Shown: positions 1 to 8,945 of the stretch, piece by piece
Position numbering within the stretch: the stretch's first letter is position 1
Layout: each line of letters opens with the position of its first letter
IMG/VR virus record: IMGVR_UViG_3300037296_000160
Coordinates: 1-53,674 of that record
Length of the DNA stretch: 53,674 bases
DNA from: a virus
Lineage: Duplodnaviria; Caudoviricetes
Direction: 5' to 3' (one strand)
Program-made: the position numbers and the translations under genes
Notes under the pieces: generated by a model
Seen by the model: the letters and a program-made list of their open reading frames with translations, nothing else
The model's database searches: none
What the model was told of the DNA's origin: nothing

Positions 1-426
1 TGGAAGGCGACCGCTACCTGTTCACCACCTATTCGCAGCTACAGGCCGTGAAGGGCAAAGAACCAGAGCGCCGCCCGCTTTTGCGCGCACTGGCAGGCAA
101 TGCCATGTTCCTGCTGGACGAAAGCCACGAGGCTGGCGGTCAGGCTGACACAGGCTGGAAAGACCCCGACGCGGTAGCCGACCGCGCGACGTTCATGCGC
201 GAAGTGCTGGCAATGGCAAAGGGGGCCGTGTTTTCGTCGGCCACCTACGCCAAGAACCCAACTGTCATGTCCCTCTACGCCAAGACGGACCTGTCACTCG
301 CCGTTGAAGATATCAGCGAACTAGGGGCCGCTATCGCGCTGGGCGGCGTCCCGCTGCAACAGGCCATCGCCAACATGCTTGTCGAAGCCGGTCAGTATGC
401 CCGCCGTGAACGCTCATTTGAGGGCG
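1..426. repeat. Terminal direct overlap, copy 1 (circularity / terminal redundancy)
   Basis: 1-426 matches 53249-53674 except at 62/53310, 170/53418, 191/53439 and 299/53547. Unit length is 53,248 bp. Confidence 0.97.
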
Positions 427-3400
427 TCTCTATGGCCCTGACGCCGCTCGATATCAACATGACGGTTGCGACGGACACCATCGCCCGCGTGGCCGATATC
501 TTTGACGCTGACATGCTTGTCATGCAGGCCGCGCGCAAAGACGCCATCGAGAACCTAAAGGCGGACGGCCACGCCGAAACGAAGGATGGAGCCGTCGGTG
601 TAGAGAGCGGCGACAGCACCAACTTTGCCGCCGTCATCCACAACGTCGTGAACCAGATGCTACTGGCGTTGAAGGTGGACGCCGTGGCCGACCGGGCAAT
701 TCAGGCTTGGAAGGACGGCGAAAAGCCGATCATGGCCGTCTACAACACCAACGGCGCGCTACTGGATGCGATGATCGAGGGCGAGGGCTTGAGCGTTGGC
801 GACAAGGTCGATCTGCCGTTCAAGGTTATCTTGCACAACTACATCGAGCGCCTGCGCCGCATCACGGTCAAAGACGGCAAGAACGGCGAGGCAATCCGCA
901 TTGACCTGACCGACGCCCAGCTTGGCAGCCGCGCCGCGACCATGCTCAAGAAGCTGCATGAGGACGTGGACAACACCGACTTTGGCAAACTGTCCGCGTC
1001 ACCGCTGGACCTGCTGCACGACAAAATGCGCGCCGCTGGCATGAAGACGGGCGAAATCACGGGCCGCAGCCGCGTCATCGAGGACGGCATCTTGACCGCC
1101 CGCGATGCGTCCAGCGCCGCAAAGAAGCGCACCATGGCCGCATACAACAAGGGCGGGGCAGGGGGCTATGACGCCCTAATCATCAACCAATCCGGCAGCA
1201 CCGGGTTTTCGCTTCACGCGACCGCCCTCAAGGGCAATGACGGCAAGCAACGCCTGATGATCGTCATGCAAGCAGACCCGAACATTGACGTGTTCATGCA
1301 GATGCTAGGCCGCATCCACCGCACCGGGCAAATCCTGTTGCCCAAGTATGAAATCGCCGTCACGCCGCTGGCCGCTGAAAAGCGGGGGTCTGCAATCTTG
1401 ATGCGCAAAATGGCATCGCTGAACGCCAACACGACCGCATCCAAGGACAGCGCCGTCACCTTGGACAACGTCACCGACTTCCTTAACGAAGTGGGCGACA
1501 AGGTCATGCGCCGGTATCTGGCCGAGAACTTCGACTTGGCCGTGCGTCTGGACCTCGATCTGGACAAAGAGAACATCGCGCAGAAGGCGACGGGCCGCAT
1601 GTCGATCCTGCCGCCCGTGGATGCTGAACGCATCTATTCGGAAATTGAAGAACTCTACGCCGCCGAAATCGACGAACTGAACCGCTTGGGCGAGAACCCC
1701 CTAGAGGCGCAAGTCTACGATTGGCAGGCAAAAGAGATATCCAGCGCCGTCATCGAGGCGGGAAAAGGATCTTCTTCGCCGTTCGACGCCGATACCGTGA
1801 TGAAATACCTGTCTGTGCGCCGCCTGACCAAACCCTACTCATGGGACGAGGTGCAGGACCGCTTGGCAGAGGCACAGGACGGCATCACCGGGGAAAGCCG
1901 CGTAGAGGCCGCAGCCGCGCACGTCGGGGAGGTAGGCACCGCCTACATGCACACCCTGCAAGACAAGGTGGACGCGCTGCGCAACACTTGGGAGAAGACG
2001 CGCGCCGAAGACGACAAGGCCGATAACACCGAAGGTTCAACCAAAACGATCAAGGCCAAGAAGGCATACGACGCAGCGGTCAAGCGGTTTGACGAGGCGC
2101 GCACCTCGATTGAAAACACCTTGTCGCGCCTGTCCGACTTTGAACCCGGCACCGCCGTTATGATTGGCACGTCGCGGGGCCATATGTATGGCGTCATCCT
2201 CGATCTGGACGCCAGCGCCATGACCAACAACCCATTGGCGTTGTCCAAGGTCGCTATCCGCATCGCCGTCGCGGACGCAGCGCGTGAGCTGCGCGTTCCA
2301 CTAAGCCGCTTCACCGGCACCGACGCACTGACCATCGAGCCAGCGCCCGCCGATATGGTGCAATTCAACTTCGACAGCGGGCAATCGAGCGCCCGCGAGG
2401 TCCGCGCCGTGGCGACCGGCAACCTTATCAACGCCTTTGCGCGCTTTGGCACGGGCCGCATTGCCTTCTACACCGACGAGAACGGGGCGACACAAACAGG
2501 CGTCGTCATGCCTGCCACGTTCGACGTGCGCGCCGAGTTGGAGCGCGAACCTGTGCGCTTCAAGACCCCCGAACAGGTCACAGCGTTCCTTAATGGGGGC
2601 GACCGCATTGTCGATACTGGCGACGGTGCCCTGACGATCAAGCGCACGGGCTACGAGAACTACGAACTGACGGCCAGCACACGGGCCAAGGTTTACTACG
2701 TCGGCAAGGCCGTGACCGATATCACCGGGCAATGGACGAAGCGCGGCAGCGCCCCGGCCAAGATCACGGTGACAAGCGCGGCAGACCTAAACAAGCTGCT
2801 GGCCGTCTACACCGACATGATCCAGCCGCACTTTGTCACGCACAGCTACAAGGGCGAGGCGCGCGAAATCACAGGCGATGCACTGCCAGATATCAAAGCG
2901 CCCGCAGGGGCGGCAGAGAAGCGCGCGCAACCCCGCAATCTGCGCAAGCGCCGCGACAACCTGCGCAGAAGCCTGTTCATGCGTCTGGCCGACACGGGCA
3001 TGGCCGACGAGGTCAGCTTGCAGCTTGCGCGCAAGATCGTCAGCCGCACCGGCACCCCGCTCGAAGGTTTCCAAAAGGGCAGCGTCATCGCCGTGGCGAT
3101 GGACAGCGCGAACCCCGAAAGCGCCCTCGATCACGAGATTGTCCACGCGATGCGCGACAGCAAGCTATGGGGCAGGGAAGGGGGGCTATTCGGCACCGCG
3201 GATTGGCGCGCATTGGTCAAACAGGTGCGCCGCCAGCCCCAACGCCTCAAGGCCATGCAAGACCTGTATCCCGATCTGGACAGCGCCGCGCAGATGGAAG
3301 AAGCCGTTGCCGAACTCTATGCCGATTATCGCGCAGGACGCGACGTAGATACGGCGCAGGGCATCATGGGCCGAGTGCAAGCGATGCTCGAAACCATAGG

Positions 3401-6400
3401 CCAGGTTCTTAGACGGGAGGGCTATCGGTCTGGCAAAGAGGTCATGGCCGCAATGGCAAATGGCACCCTAGCCGCCCGCGCCCGCGCCGATCTGACAACG
3501 CCGCCAGACGGGGGATCGACCCCGCCAGAGGGGGCAAAAGAGCGCCGCAAAAAATCGGCCGGCACGGCAACCGCCGAAAGCAAAGCGGCCAGCATCGTCA
3601 ACCGCGCCATCGACGCCAGCATGGAGTTGGCCGAGAAGGCAAAGGACGCCGCCACAAAGCAATCTGCCCGCGCGCTTCTATCGAACATGATGGATCACGG
3701 GCAGACGGGCACCTCGATCCTTGCGCTAGTGCCGGGCCGTCCGCTGTTGACGGAACTGGCGCGCAACCTGCCGTCCGCGCGCATCTACCTGCTGGCGAAA
3801 GAGGCCATGGACGCCACGCGCCAGCATTGGGCCGTGGACACCGATACCGTCGCAAAGAAGTGGCAATGGCAGGCGGTGCGCAACAAGACCGCCAATGACC
3901 AGTTTATGAGCCTGATGCACGACGCCACGCTTGCAGGGATCGACCCGGCAGAGGGGGGCATGGACCCGGCCACGCTGGAACGCTTGGTGAAAGAGGAAAC
4001 CGGGGCCGATCCGAAGGCCGACCCCGCCATCGTGCGCGCCAAGATCAAAGGCAACTTCACCGACTTTGTCGCCCGCTATCACGATCTACCCAAGCCGTTC
4101 CAAGACCTTTGGGCCGAGGTCCGCGATATGTATGGCCGTCTGGCCGACGAATGGGACAAGGCCATCATCGACAACCACGAACACGCCGTTGAGCGCGCCA
4201 TCCACAAGATGCGCGAAGAAAACGAGCGCGAGCAGGTCATCGTGGAGGCGGGCACCCTGTCCAAAAAGGACAAGGCCAAGGCCATCGAGCGCCTGCGCAA
4301 CGAAATCGCAGACGCCGAGAAGCGCGCACGGGAGAGCGGCAAGCGGCGCATGGGGGAACTGCGCGCCGCGTTCGAGAGCAACCGCACCTCAAAGCCCTAT
4401 TTCCCGCTGGCGCGCTTTGGCAATTACTACGTCACCCTCAAAGACGAGGCGGGCAAAGTCGTGTCCTTCAGCAAGTTTAAGGGCCAGAAGGAACAGGAGC
4501 GGTTTGCAGCCGAACACGAAGGCAAGTTTGAGGTCATTACCGGCGTCATGCAGCAAGACGGCAACCGTCTGGACAAGTCCGTTGACGCGGGCTTTGTGGC
4601 CGAGGTGGCAGATATTCTATCGCGCGACGGCGTGGATGATGACGTCATGGACGCGATCTGGCAGCGGTATCTGGAAACCATGCCCGATATGTCCCTGCGC
4701 AAGAGCCGCATCCACCGCAAAGGCACCGAAGGTTACACGCAAGACGCGCTGCGATCGTTCGGCAATCACATGTTCCACGGCGCGCACCAGCTTGCCCGGT
4801 TGAAGCATCAGAACGACATGCAAGACGCCCTCGATGACATGGCCGATCAGGCGAAGGCGTCCAAAGACCCCAACCGCGCCATGCACGTCGTCAATGAAAT
4901 CAGCCGCCGCCATGAGTTTACCATGTCGCCTAAAAACGCAGGCTGGACCGCGACCGCGTCTAGCTTGGCGTTTGTCTGGTATCTGGGGGCCACGCCAGCC
5001 GCAGCCATGGTCAACCTGACACAGACCACCATTATCGGCATCCCCATGATGCGCGCCCGCTACAAGAAATCCAGCACGGGCGACGTCACCCGCGAACTGG
5101 GCAGCGCATTGCGCGACTTTGGGCAGGGCAAGGGATACGCGGACAAGTCGTCCAAGCTGACCGCCAAAGAGCGCGAGGCGATGGACGCGGGCTATGATCG
5201 CGGCCTGATGGACAAGACGCAGGCCAGCGATATCGCGGGCATTGCGGAAACCGGCATCGAGTATAACCCGATCCGGTCACAGGCCATGGCAGTTATCGGC
5301 TTCATGTATCACCACGCAGAGCGCGCCAACCGGGAGGTCACATTTCTTGCGTCCTACCGCTTGGGCATCAAGGAAGGCTTGCCCCATGCCAGCGCCATCG
5401 ACCGGGCCGCAGATGCAACGTGGGATATCCATTTTGACTACCAAAACAACAGCCGTCCGCGCTTCATGCAAGACGATTTTCCCAAGGTTTTACTGACCTT
5501 TCGAGCGTTCCAAGTGAACATGATCTATCGCATGGTGCGCGACACGCACCAATCGTTGCACGGGGCCACACCGGAACTGCGCACCGAGGCGCGGCGTCAG
5601 CTTATCGGCATCACCGGGCAAATGGCGCTACATGCTGGCATCACCGGAACATGGGGCTACGGCATGGTCATGATGATCGTCGGGCTGTTCTTTAGCGCAG
5701 CCGGGGCCGACGACGAGCCAGAGCAAGCCTTGAAGAAGCTGATGGTAGGATCGACTGACCCAACCACGGCGCTGGGCCATGCGCGCCGCTTTATAGGGTC
5801 TATGGCGCTATACGGTGTTCCCGGCACCCTGACCGGCACCGCCCTGTCAGATCGCATTGGTATGCCTAACCTGTGGTTCCGTGACCCCTACAAAGACATG
5901 GAGGGCCGCGAAGCCTACACCAACTACCTGCAACAGCTTGTCGGCCCGGTGCCCGGTCTGGCGGAAAAGGGCTTTGTGGGTATGTCGCAACTGATGGACG
6001 GCAAGGTCGAGCGCGGCATCGAGAGCATGGTGCCCAAGTTTGTCCGCGACGGTATGCGGTCTGTGCGCTACCTGTCCGAAGGCGTGACCACCTACAGCAA
6101 CGAAGACCCGGTTGTAGAGCATGTATCGCCCTATCAGGCGCTTGTGCAGGCGCTGGGCCTGACCCCGGCGCAGATTGCCGAACGCTATGACACCAACAAC
6201 GCGATCAAGCGTCTGGAAGGCCGCATCGAGGACGCGCGCAGCGATACGCTGGGCACGATCCGCAAGGCGGTGCGTGACACAGGGGCACTGACACCTGACG
6301 CCGTGGACGCGCTGCACCGCTACAACGCCAAGTATCCCGAATGGATTATCGACCGGGGCACGATCAAGCGGTCACTGTCTGGCGCGCGCCGCGCATCCCA

Positions 6401-6482
6401 GAACAACACGGGCGGTATCAACATCAATGACAAGATCGCAGACCGCGTCTTGGGAAAGGTGGCCCCGACCGTCTTTGATTAA
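3..6482 (+). CDS. C-terminal part of giant DarB-like polyvalent virion protein (strawberry-notch-type SF2 helicase, HExxH zincin-like domain, PLxRFG domain); continues from 44941 across the junction
   Basis: Motifs LLDESH (Walker B), SSAT, SGSTGFSLHA...QMLGRIHRTGQ (helicase C-domain), LDHEIVH (~3130) and YFPLARFGNY (~4400). In frame with the 44941 ORF through the overlap. Confidence 0.9.
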   Translation, partial: EGDRYLFTTYSQLQAVKGKEPERRPLLRALAGNAMFLLDESHEAGGQADTGWKDPDAVADRATFMREVLAMAKGAVFSSATYAKNPTVMSLYAKTDLSLAVEDISELGAAIALGGVPLQQAIANMLVEAGQYARRERSFEGVSMALTPLDINMTVATDTIARVADIFDADMLVMQAARKDAIENLKADGHAETKDGAVGVESGDSTNFAAVIHNVVNQMLLALKVDAVADRAIQAWKDGEKPIMAVYNTNGALLDAMIEGEGLSVGDKVDLPFKVILHNYIERLRRITVKDGKNGEAIRIDLTDAQLGSRAATMLKKLHEDVDNTDFGKLSASPLDLLHDKMRAAGMKTGEITGRSRVIEDGILTARDASSAAKKRTMAAYNKGGAGGYDALIINQSGSTGFSLHATALKGNDGKQRLMIVMQADPNIDVFMQMLGRIHRTGQILLPKYEIAVTPLAAEKRGSAILMRKMASLNANTTASKDSAVTLDNVTDFLNEVGDKVMRRYLAENFDLAVRLDLDLDKENIAQKATGRMSILPPVDAERIYSEIEELYAAEIDELNRLGENPLEAQVYDWQAKEISSAVIEAGKGSSSPFDADTVMKYLSVRRLTKPYSWDEVQDRLAEAQDGITGESRVEAAAAHVGEVGTAYMHTLQDKVDALRNTWEKTRAEDDKADNTEGSTKTIKAKKAYDAAVKRFDEARTSIENTLSRLSDFEPGTAVMIGTSRGHMYGVILDLDASAMTNNPLALSKVAIRIAVADAARELRVPLSRFTGTDALTIEPAPADMVQFNFDSGQSSAREVRAVATGNLINAFARFGTGRIAFYTDENGATQTGVVMPATFDVRAELEREPVRFKTPEQVTAFLNGGDRIVDTGDGALTIKRTGYENYELTASTRAKVYYVGKAVTDITGQWTKRGSAPAKITVTSAADLNKLLAVYTDMIQPHFVTHSYKGEAREITGDALPDIKAPAGAAEKRAQPRNLRKRRDNLRRSLFMRLADTGMADEVSLQLARKIVSRTGTPLEGFQKGSVIAVAMDSANPESALDHEIVHAMRDSKLWGREGGLFGTADWRALVKQVRRQPQRLKAMQDLYPDLDSAAQMEEAVAELYADYRAGRDVDTAQGIMGRVQAMLETIGQVLRREGYRSGKEVMAAMANGTLAARARADLTTPPDGGSTPPEGAKERRKKSAGTATAESKAASIVNRAIDASMELAEKAKDAATKQSARALLSNMMDHGQTGTSILALVPGRPLLTELARNLPSARIYLLAKEAMDATRQHWAVDTDTVAKKWQWQAVRNKTANDQFMSLMHDATLAGIDPAEGGMDPATLERLVKEETGADPKADPAIVRAKIKGNFTDFVARYHDLPKPFQDLWAEVRDMYGRLADEWDKAIIDNHEHAVERAIHKMREENEREQVIVEAGTLSKKDKAKAIERLRNEIADAEKRARESGKRRMGELRAAFESNRTSKPYFPLARFGNYYVTLKDEAGKVVSFSKFKGQKEQERFAAEHEGKFEVITGVMQQDGNRLDKSVDAGFVAEVADILSRDGVDDDVMDAIWQRYLETMPDMSLRKSRIHRKGTEGYTQDALRSFGNHMFHGAHQLARLKHQNDMQDALDDMADQAKASKDPNRAMHVVNEISRRHEFTMSPKNAGWTATASSLAFVWYLGATPAAAMVNLTQTTIIGIPMMRARYKKSSTGDVTRELGSALRDFGQGKGYADKSSKLTAKEREAMDAGYDRGLMDKTQASDIAGIAETGIEYNPIRSQAMAVIGFMYHHAERANREVTFLASYRLGIKEGLPHASAIDRAADATWDIHFDYQNNSRPRFMQDDFPKVLLTFRAFQVNMIYRMVRDTHQSLHGATPELRTEARRQLIGITGQMALHAGITGTWGYGMVMMIVGLFFSAAGADDEPEQALKKLMVGSTDPTTALGHARRFIGSMALYGVPGTLTGTALSDRIGMPNLWFRDPYKDMEGREAYTNYLQQLVGPVPGLAEKGFVGMSQLMDGKVERGIESMVPKFVRDGMRSVRYLSEGVTTYSNEDPVVEHVSPYQALVQALGLTPAQIAERYDTNNAIKRLEGRIEDARSDTLGTIRKAVRDTGALTPDAVDALHRYNAKYPEWIIDRGTIKRSLSGARRASQNNTGGININDKIADRVLGKVAPTVFD

Positions 6483-6574
6483 GCGGAACTGCAAACTTCA
6501 TTAGGCGTTATTGTTTGATAATCAGCACGACTGCTGATAATGAGAGCGTAGGCCGTGAAACCGCCCGTCCGACT

Positions 6575-6630
6575 GGCCCCGCCCGACTAAGCAGACTGCT
6601 CGCTGCTGAAATCTGGCGGGGCCTTTTTCT
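6575..6630 (+). terminator. Long hairpin with U-tract between the giant gene and the lysis cassette (terminator or attenuator)
   Basis: GGCCCCGCC (6575-83) pairs with GGCGGGGCC (6615-23), with an inner AGCAG/CTGCT stem, followed by TTTTTCT. Confidence 0.65.
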
Positions 6631-6656
6631 GAACAGCCCGACGCAGGAGCGCGGCG

Positions 6657-7022
6657 ATGGACCTGAAAGCCCAATGCCCCATGTATGACCGCGTTTCTTT
6701 TTTCCTACTTTCGCTGACAGCCGCGTTGGGGCTGGGCGACAAGCCGCCAAACTACTGGTTCGCCGTGATCGGTGCGACAATCTACGTTGCCACCACGGGC
6801 GATGACCGCATTGCCGCCCGCGTCCTTAAAGCCTTGCTTTCGCTTATGTTCGGCTTTGCCTTCACGCCTTGGACCATGGAGCGCACTGGCTACGACGAGC
6901 CGTTCGTTATCGCAATCGTCATCGTGTTTTCTCTCATTCTCATTGACCTCGCAAAGCGGTTGCTGGGCGATAAGGGCGTGGTCGAAACCATTATTGGTTT
7001 TTATTTTGGGAAAAAGAAATGA
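6657..7022 (+). CDS. Putative holin
   Basis: 121 aa, several hydrophobic helices, basic C-terminus (GKKK), AGGAG Shine-Dalgarno (SD), first gene of the lysis cassette. Confidence 0.6.
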   Translation: MDLKAQCPMYDRVSFFLLSLTAALGLGDKPPNYWFAVIGATIYVATTGDDRIAARVLKALLSLMFGFAFTPWTMERTGYDEPFVIAIVIVFSLILIDLAKRLLGDKGVVETIIGFYFGKKK

Positions 7023-7558
7023 TCCACACATTGAAAGGCCACAACCACAGCATCGTGATACTCGCGCTTCTTATCCTTATGGCGCAGACGACGGAGTGGG
7101 GGCGCAGCATCTACATCACGCACGTCGCCGACCCCATCTGGATCAGAACCGAGGTCGAGATAATCCCTCAAGCAATGGGCCAGCCACCAAAGATCGAGTA
7201 TTCCAAGGAGACAGACCGGCCCGTTCGCGCCGTCTGGACAGCCATTGTGCGCGGCCACGACCACACGCGCTTGTCTACGCGCCGGGGCGATGGAAACTAC
7301 TTTACCAGCGCCGGGGAAGCGTCCCCCATTTGGTCATGGGACGCCTTCTTTGACGACGGTATCCGCAACGCGCCCCGCGTCCCCATGGAGCCGTTCATGG
7401 TGTGCGTCTGGTATCGCGCGTCTGACCTGCGCGTCGATCTAACCCGCGACACCCCCGAATACTGCTCAAGCGTCTTTGACCCCCGCGTCAACCGCCTTGT
7501 CGGCAGCACGGAAAACCCCATCAAAACTCAAGCCCTCAAAGAAGGATTGCTGCCATGA
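7019..7558 (+). CDS. Membrane-anchored hypothetical protein in the lysis cassette
   Basis: N-terminal hydrophobic segment (SIVILALLILMA), two Cys in the soluble part, ATGA coupling to both neighbours. Confidence 0.7.
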   Translation: MIHTLKGHNHSIVILALLILMAQTTEWGRSIYITHVADPIWIRTEVEIIPQAMGQPPKIEYSKETDRPVRAVWTAIVRGHDHTRLSTRRGDGNYFTSAGEASPIWSWDAFFDDGIRNAPRVPMEPFMVCVWYRASDLRVDLTRDTPEYCSSVFDPRVNRLVGSTENPIKTQALKEGLLP

Positions 7559-8574
7559 CCCTATCGCCAAACGGGCGCATTGTCGCCGCTGCGCGCGCAA
7601 CCGTCGGGATTAAGGAAATCCCCGGCATGTTGCATAACCCCAAGATCATCGAAATGGCGAAGGCCGTCGGGCATGGCTGGGTGAAGGATGACGAAACCCC
7701 GTGGTGCGCGTCCTACGTCGGCTGGGTGTTGCTGACATGCGGCATCAAAGGCACGGGCAAGCTAAACGCGCGGTCCTACCTCGATTGGGGCGAAGTCGTA
7801 GAGATTGCCGACGCCAAGCCCGGTGACGTCTGCATCCTCACGCGGGGCGATCCGAATAGCTGGACCGGCCACGTCTTCTTTGTCACCAAGATCGACAACA
7901 AGCGCATCTACGGCATTGGCGGCAACCAGAGCAACGCCGTCACCGAAGCCAGCTACTTGCGCAATAGCAAGGTTCTAGGCGTTCGCCGCGCCCCCGGTGG
8001 CTTGAAGGCTGGCCCTATCGCATCCAAGCCACTGGCCGAGTTGGGCGGCTACAACGAACGCGCATTGGTCATGCTTTATCAGTCCAAGCTGAAAGAAAAG
8101 GGCTACCCGCTGGGCGAGGTAGACGGTCTGTTTGGCAAGCTGACCCGCGACGCCGTCATGGCCTATCAGGCTGACAACGGCCTGACCGTGACCGGCGCAA
8201 TCGACGGCACGACCGCCGACCTGCTGCTGAACGGCAACAGCAAGCGCCTACTGCCTGATGACCGCGCGCAGATCACCGCCGACGAACTGGAAGCGCGTGG
8301 GTCTGACACGATCCGCGAAGCCAACGGCGGCAAAACCACGTCCATCGTCACGCTTATCGGCAGCGTCTTTAGCTACCTGTTCGCCGCCAAGGACGACATT
8401 GCCAGCGTTGTGGCGACCGCAGAGGGCACCGCCGCGAAAGCGGGCGATCTAGCCCCCTACGCCATCCCCCTGTTCCTTGGCGCGGTCGCGCTTGTCCTGC
8501 TGCTGCGCCATTTCAGCCGCATCAAGGAAGCCCGCGTAGACGACGCGCGCACCGGCAAGAACATCGGGCGCTGA
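7555..8574 (+). CDS. Endolysin: TIGR02594/NlpC-P60-like peptidase, peptidoglycan-binding domain and C-terminal TM helices
   Basis: DDETPWCASYVGW (catalytic Cys), GHVFF, GGNQSN; PG-binding motif VDGLFGKLTRDAVMAYQ..GL.VTG.ID; hydrophobic C-terminus. Confidence 0.85.
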   Translation: MTLSPNGRIVAAARATVGIKEIPGMLHNPKIIEMAKAVGHGWVKDDETPWCASYVGWVLLTCGIKGTGKLNARSYLDWGEVVEIADAKPGDVCILTRGDPNSWTGHVFFVTKIDNKRIYGIGGNQSNAVTEASYLRNSKVLGVRRAPGGLKAGPIASKPLAELGGYNERALVMLYQSKLKEKGYPLGEVDGLFGKLTRDAVMAYQADNGLTVTGAIDGTTADLLLNGNSKRLLPDDRAQITADELEARGSDTIREANGGKTTSIVTLIGSVFSYLFAAKDDIASVVATAEGTAAKAGDLAPYAIPLFLGAVALVLLLRHFSRIKEARVDDARTGKNIGR

Positions 8575-8575
8575 T

Positions 8576-8797
8576 ATGGGCGCGATTGGTTTCACGGTCT
8601 GGGCCTTTGTGAGCGGCGCTGCGGCGGCGTTCGCGTGGTTCCTTGGCCGTGGCAAGAGCGCGCGCCGCGACGAGCGCGCCAAGCTGCAAAAGAAGGACGC
8701 CGACCATGCAGGCACGATTGAACGCCGCGTTGATGCTGTTCGCAGCGATCCTGACCGGATGCAGCGCGATCACGGAAAAGCGGGCTACCGCGACTGA
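8576..8797 (+). CDS. Putative inner-membrane spanin (Rz-like)
   Basis: N-terminal TM helix and charged helical tail; follows the endolysin and overlaps a lipoprotein gene. Confidence 0.6.
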   Translation: MGAIGFTVWAFVSGAAAAFAWFLGRGKSARRDERAKLQKKDADHAGTIERRVDAVRSDPDRMQRDHGKAGYRD

Positions 8798-8945
8798 TAC
8801 CGAAACGGCCCTGTGCATTGCATGGGGCCGTTCTTTGCCGACGCGGTCACACCGCGACACCCAACAGACGCGCGACGAAATCACGGCCAGCTACGCCAAT
8901 TTTGAAGCCGCGTGTCCCGAACAAAACGAGCTGTTACCAAAATGA
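8706..8945 (+). CDS. Putative outer-membrane lipoprotein spanin (Rz1-like)
   Basis: From ATG 8706: MQARLNAALMLFAAILTG-C lipobox and two further Cys; out-of-frame overlap with the i-spanin. Confidence 0.65.
   Translation: MQARLNAALMLFAAILTGCSAITEKRATATDTETALCIAWGRSLPTRSHRDTQQTRDEITASYANFEAACPEQNELLPK

Noticed and set aside
2732-3412. 226-aa alternative-frame ORF inside the giant gene
   Set aside because: R/H/P-rich off-frame composition, and the host frame encodes a conserved-looking domain here, unlike the 52268 case.
48-6482. Treating the 2,144-aa ORF as a complete gene starting at GTG 48
   Set aside because: The frame is open upstream and continues from 44941 through the terminal overlap.
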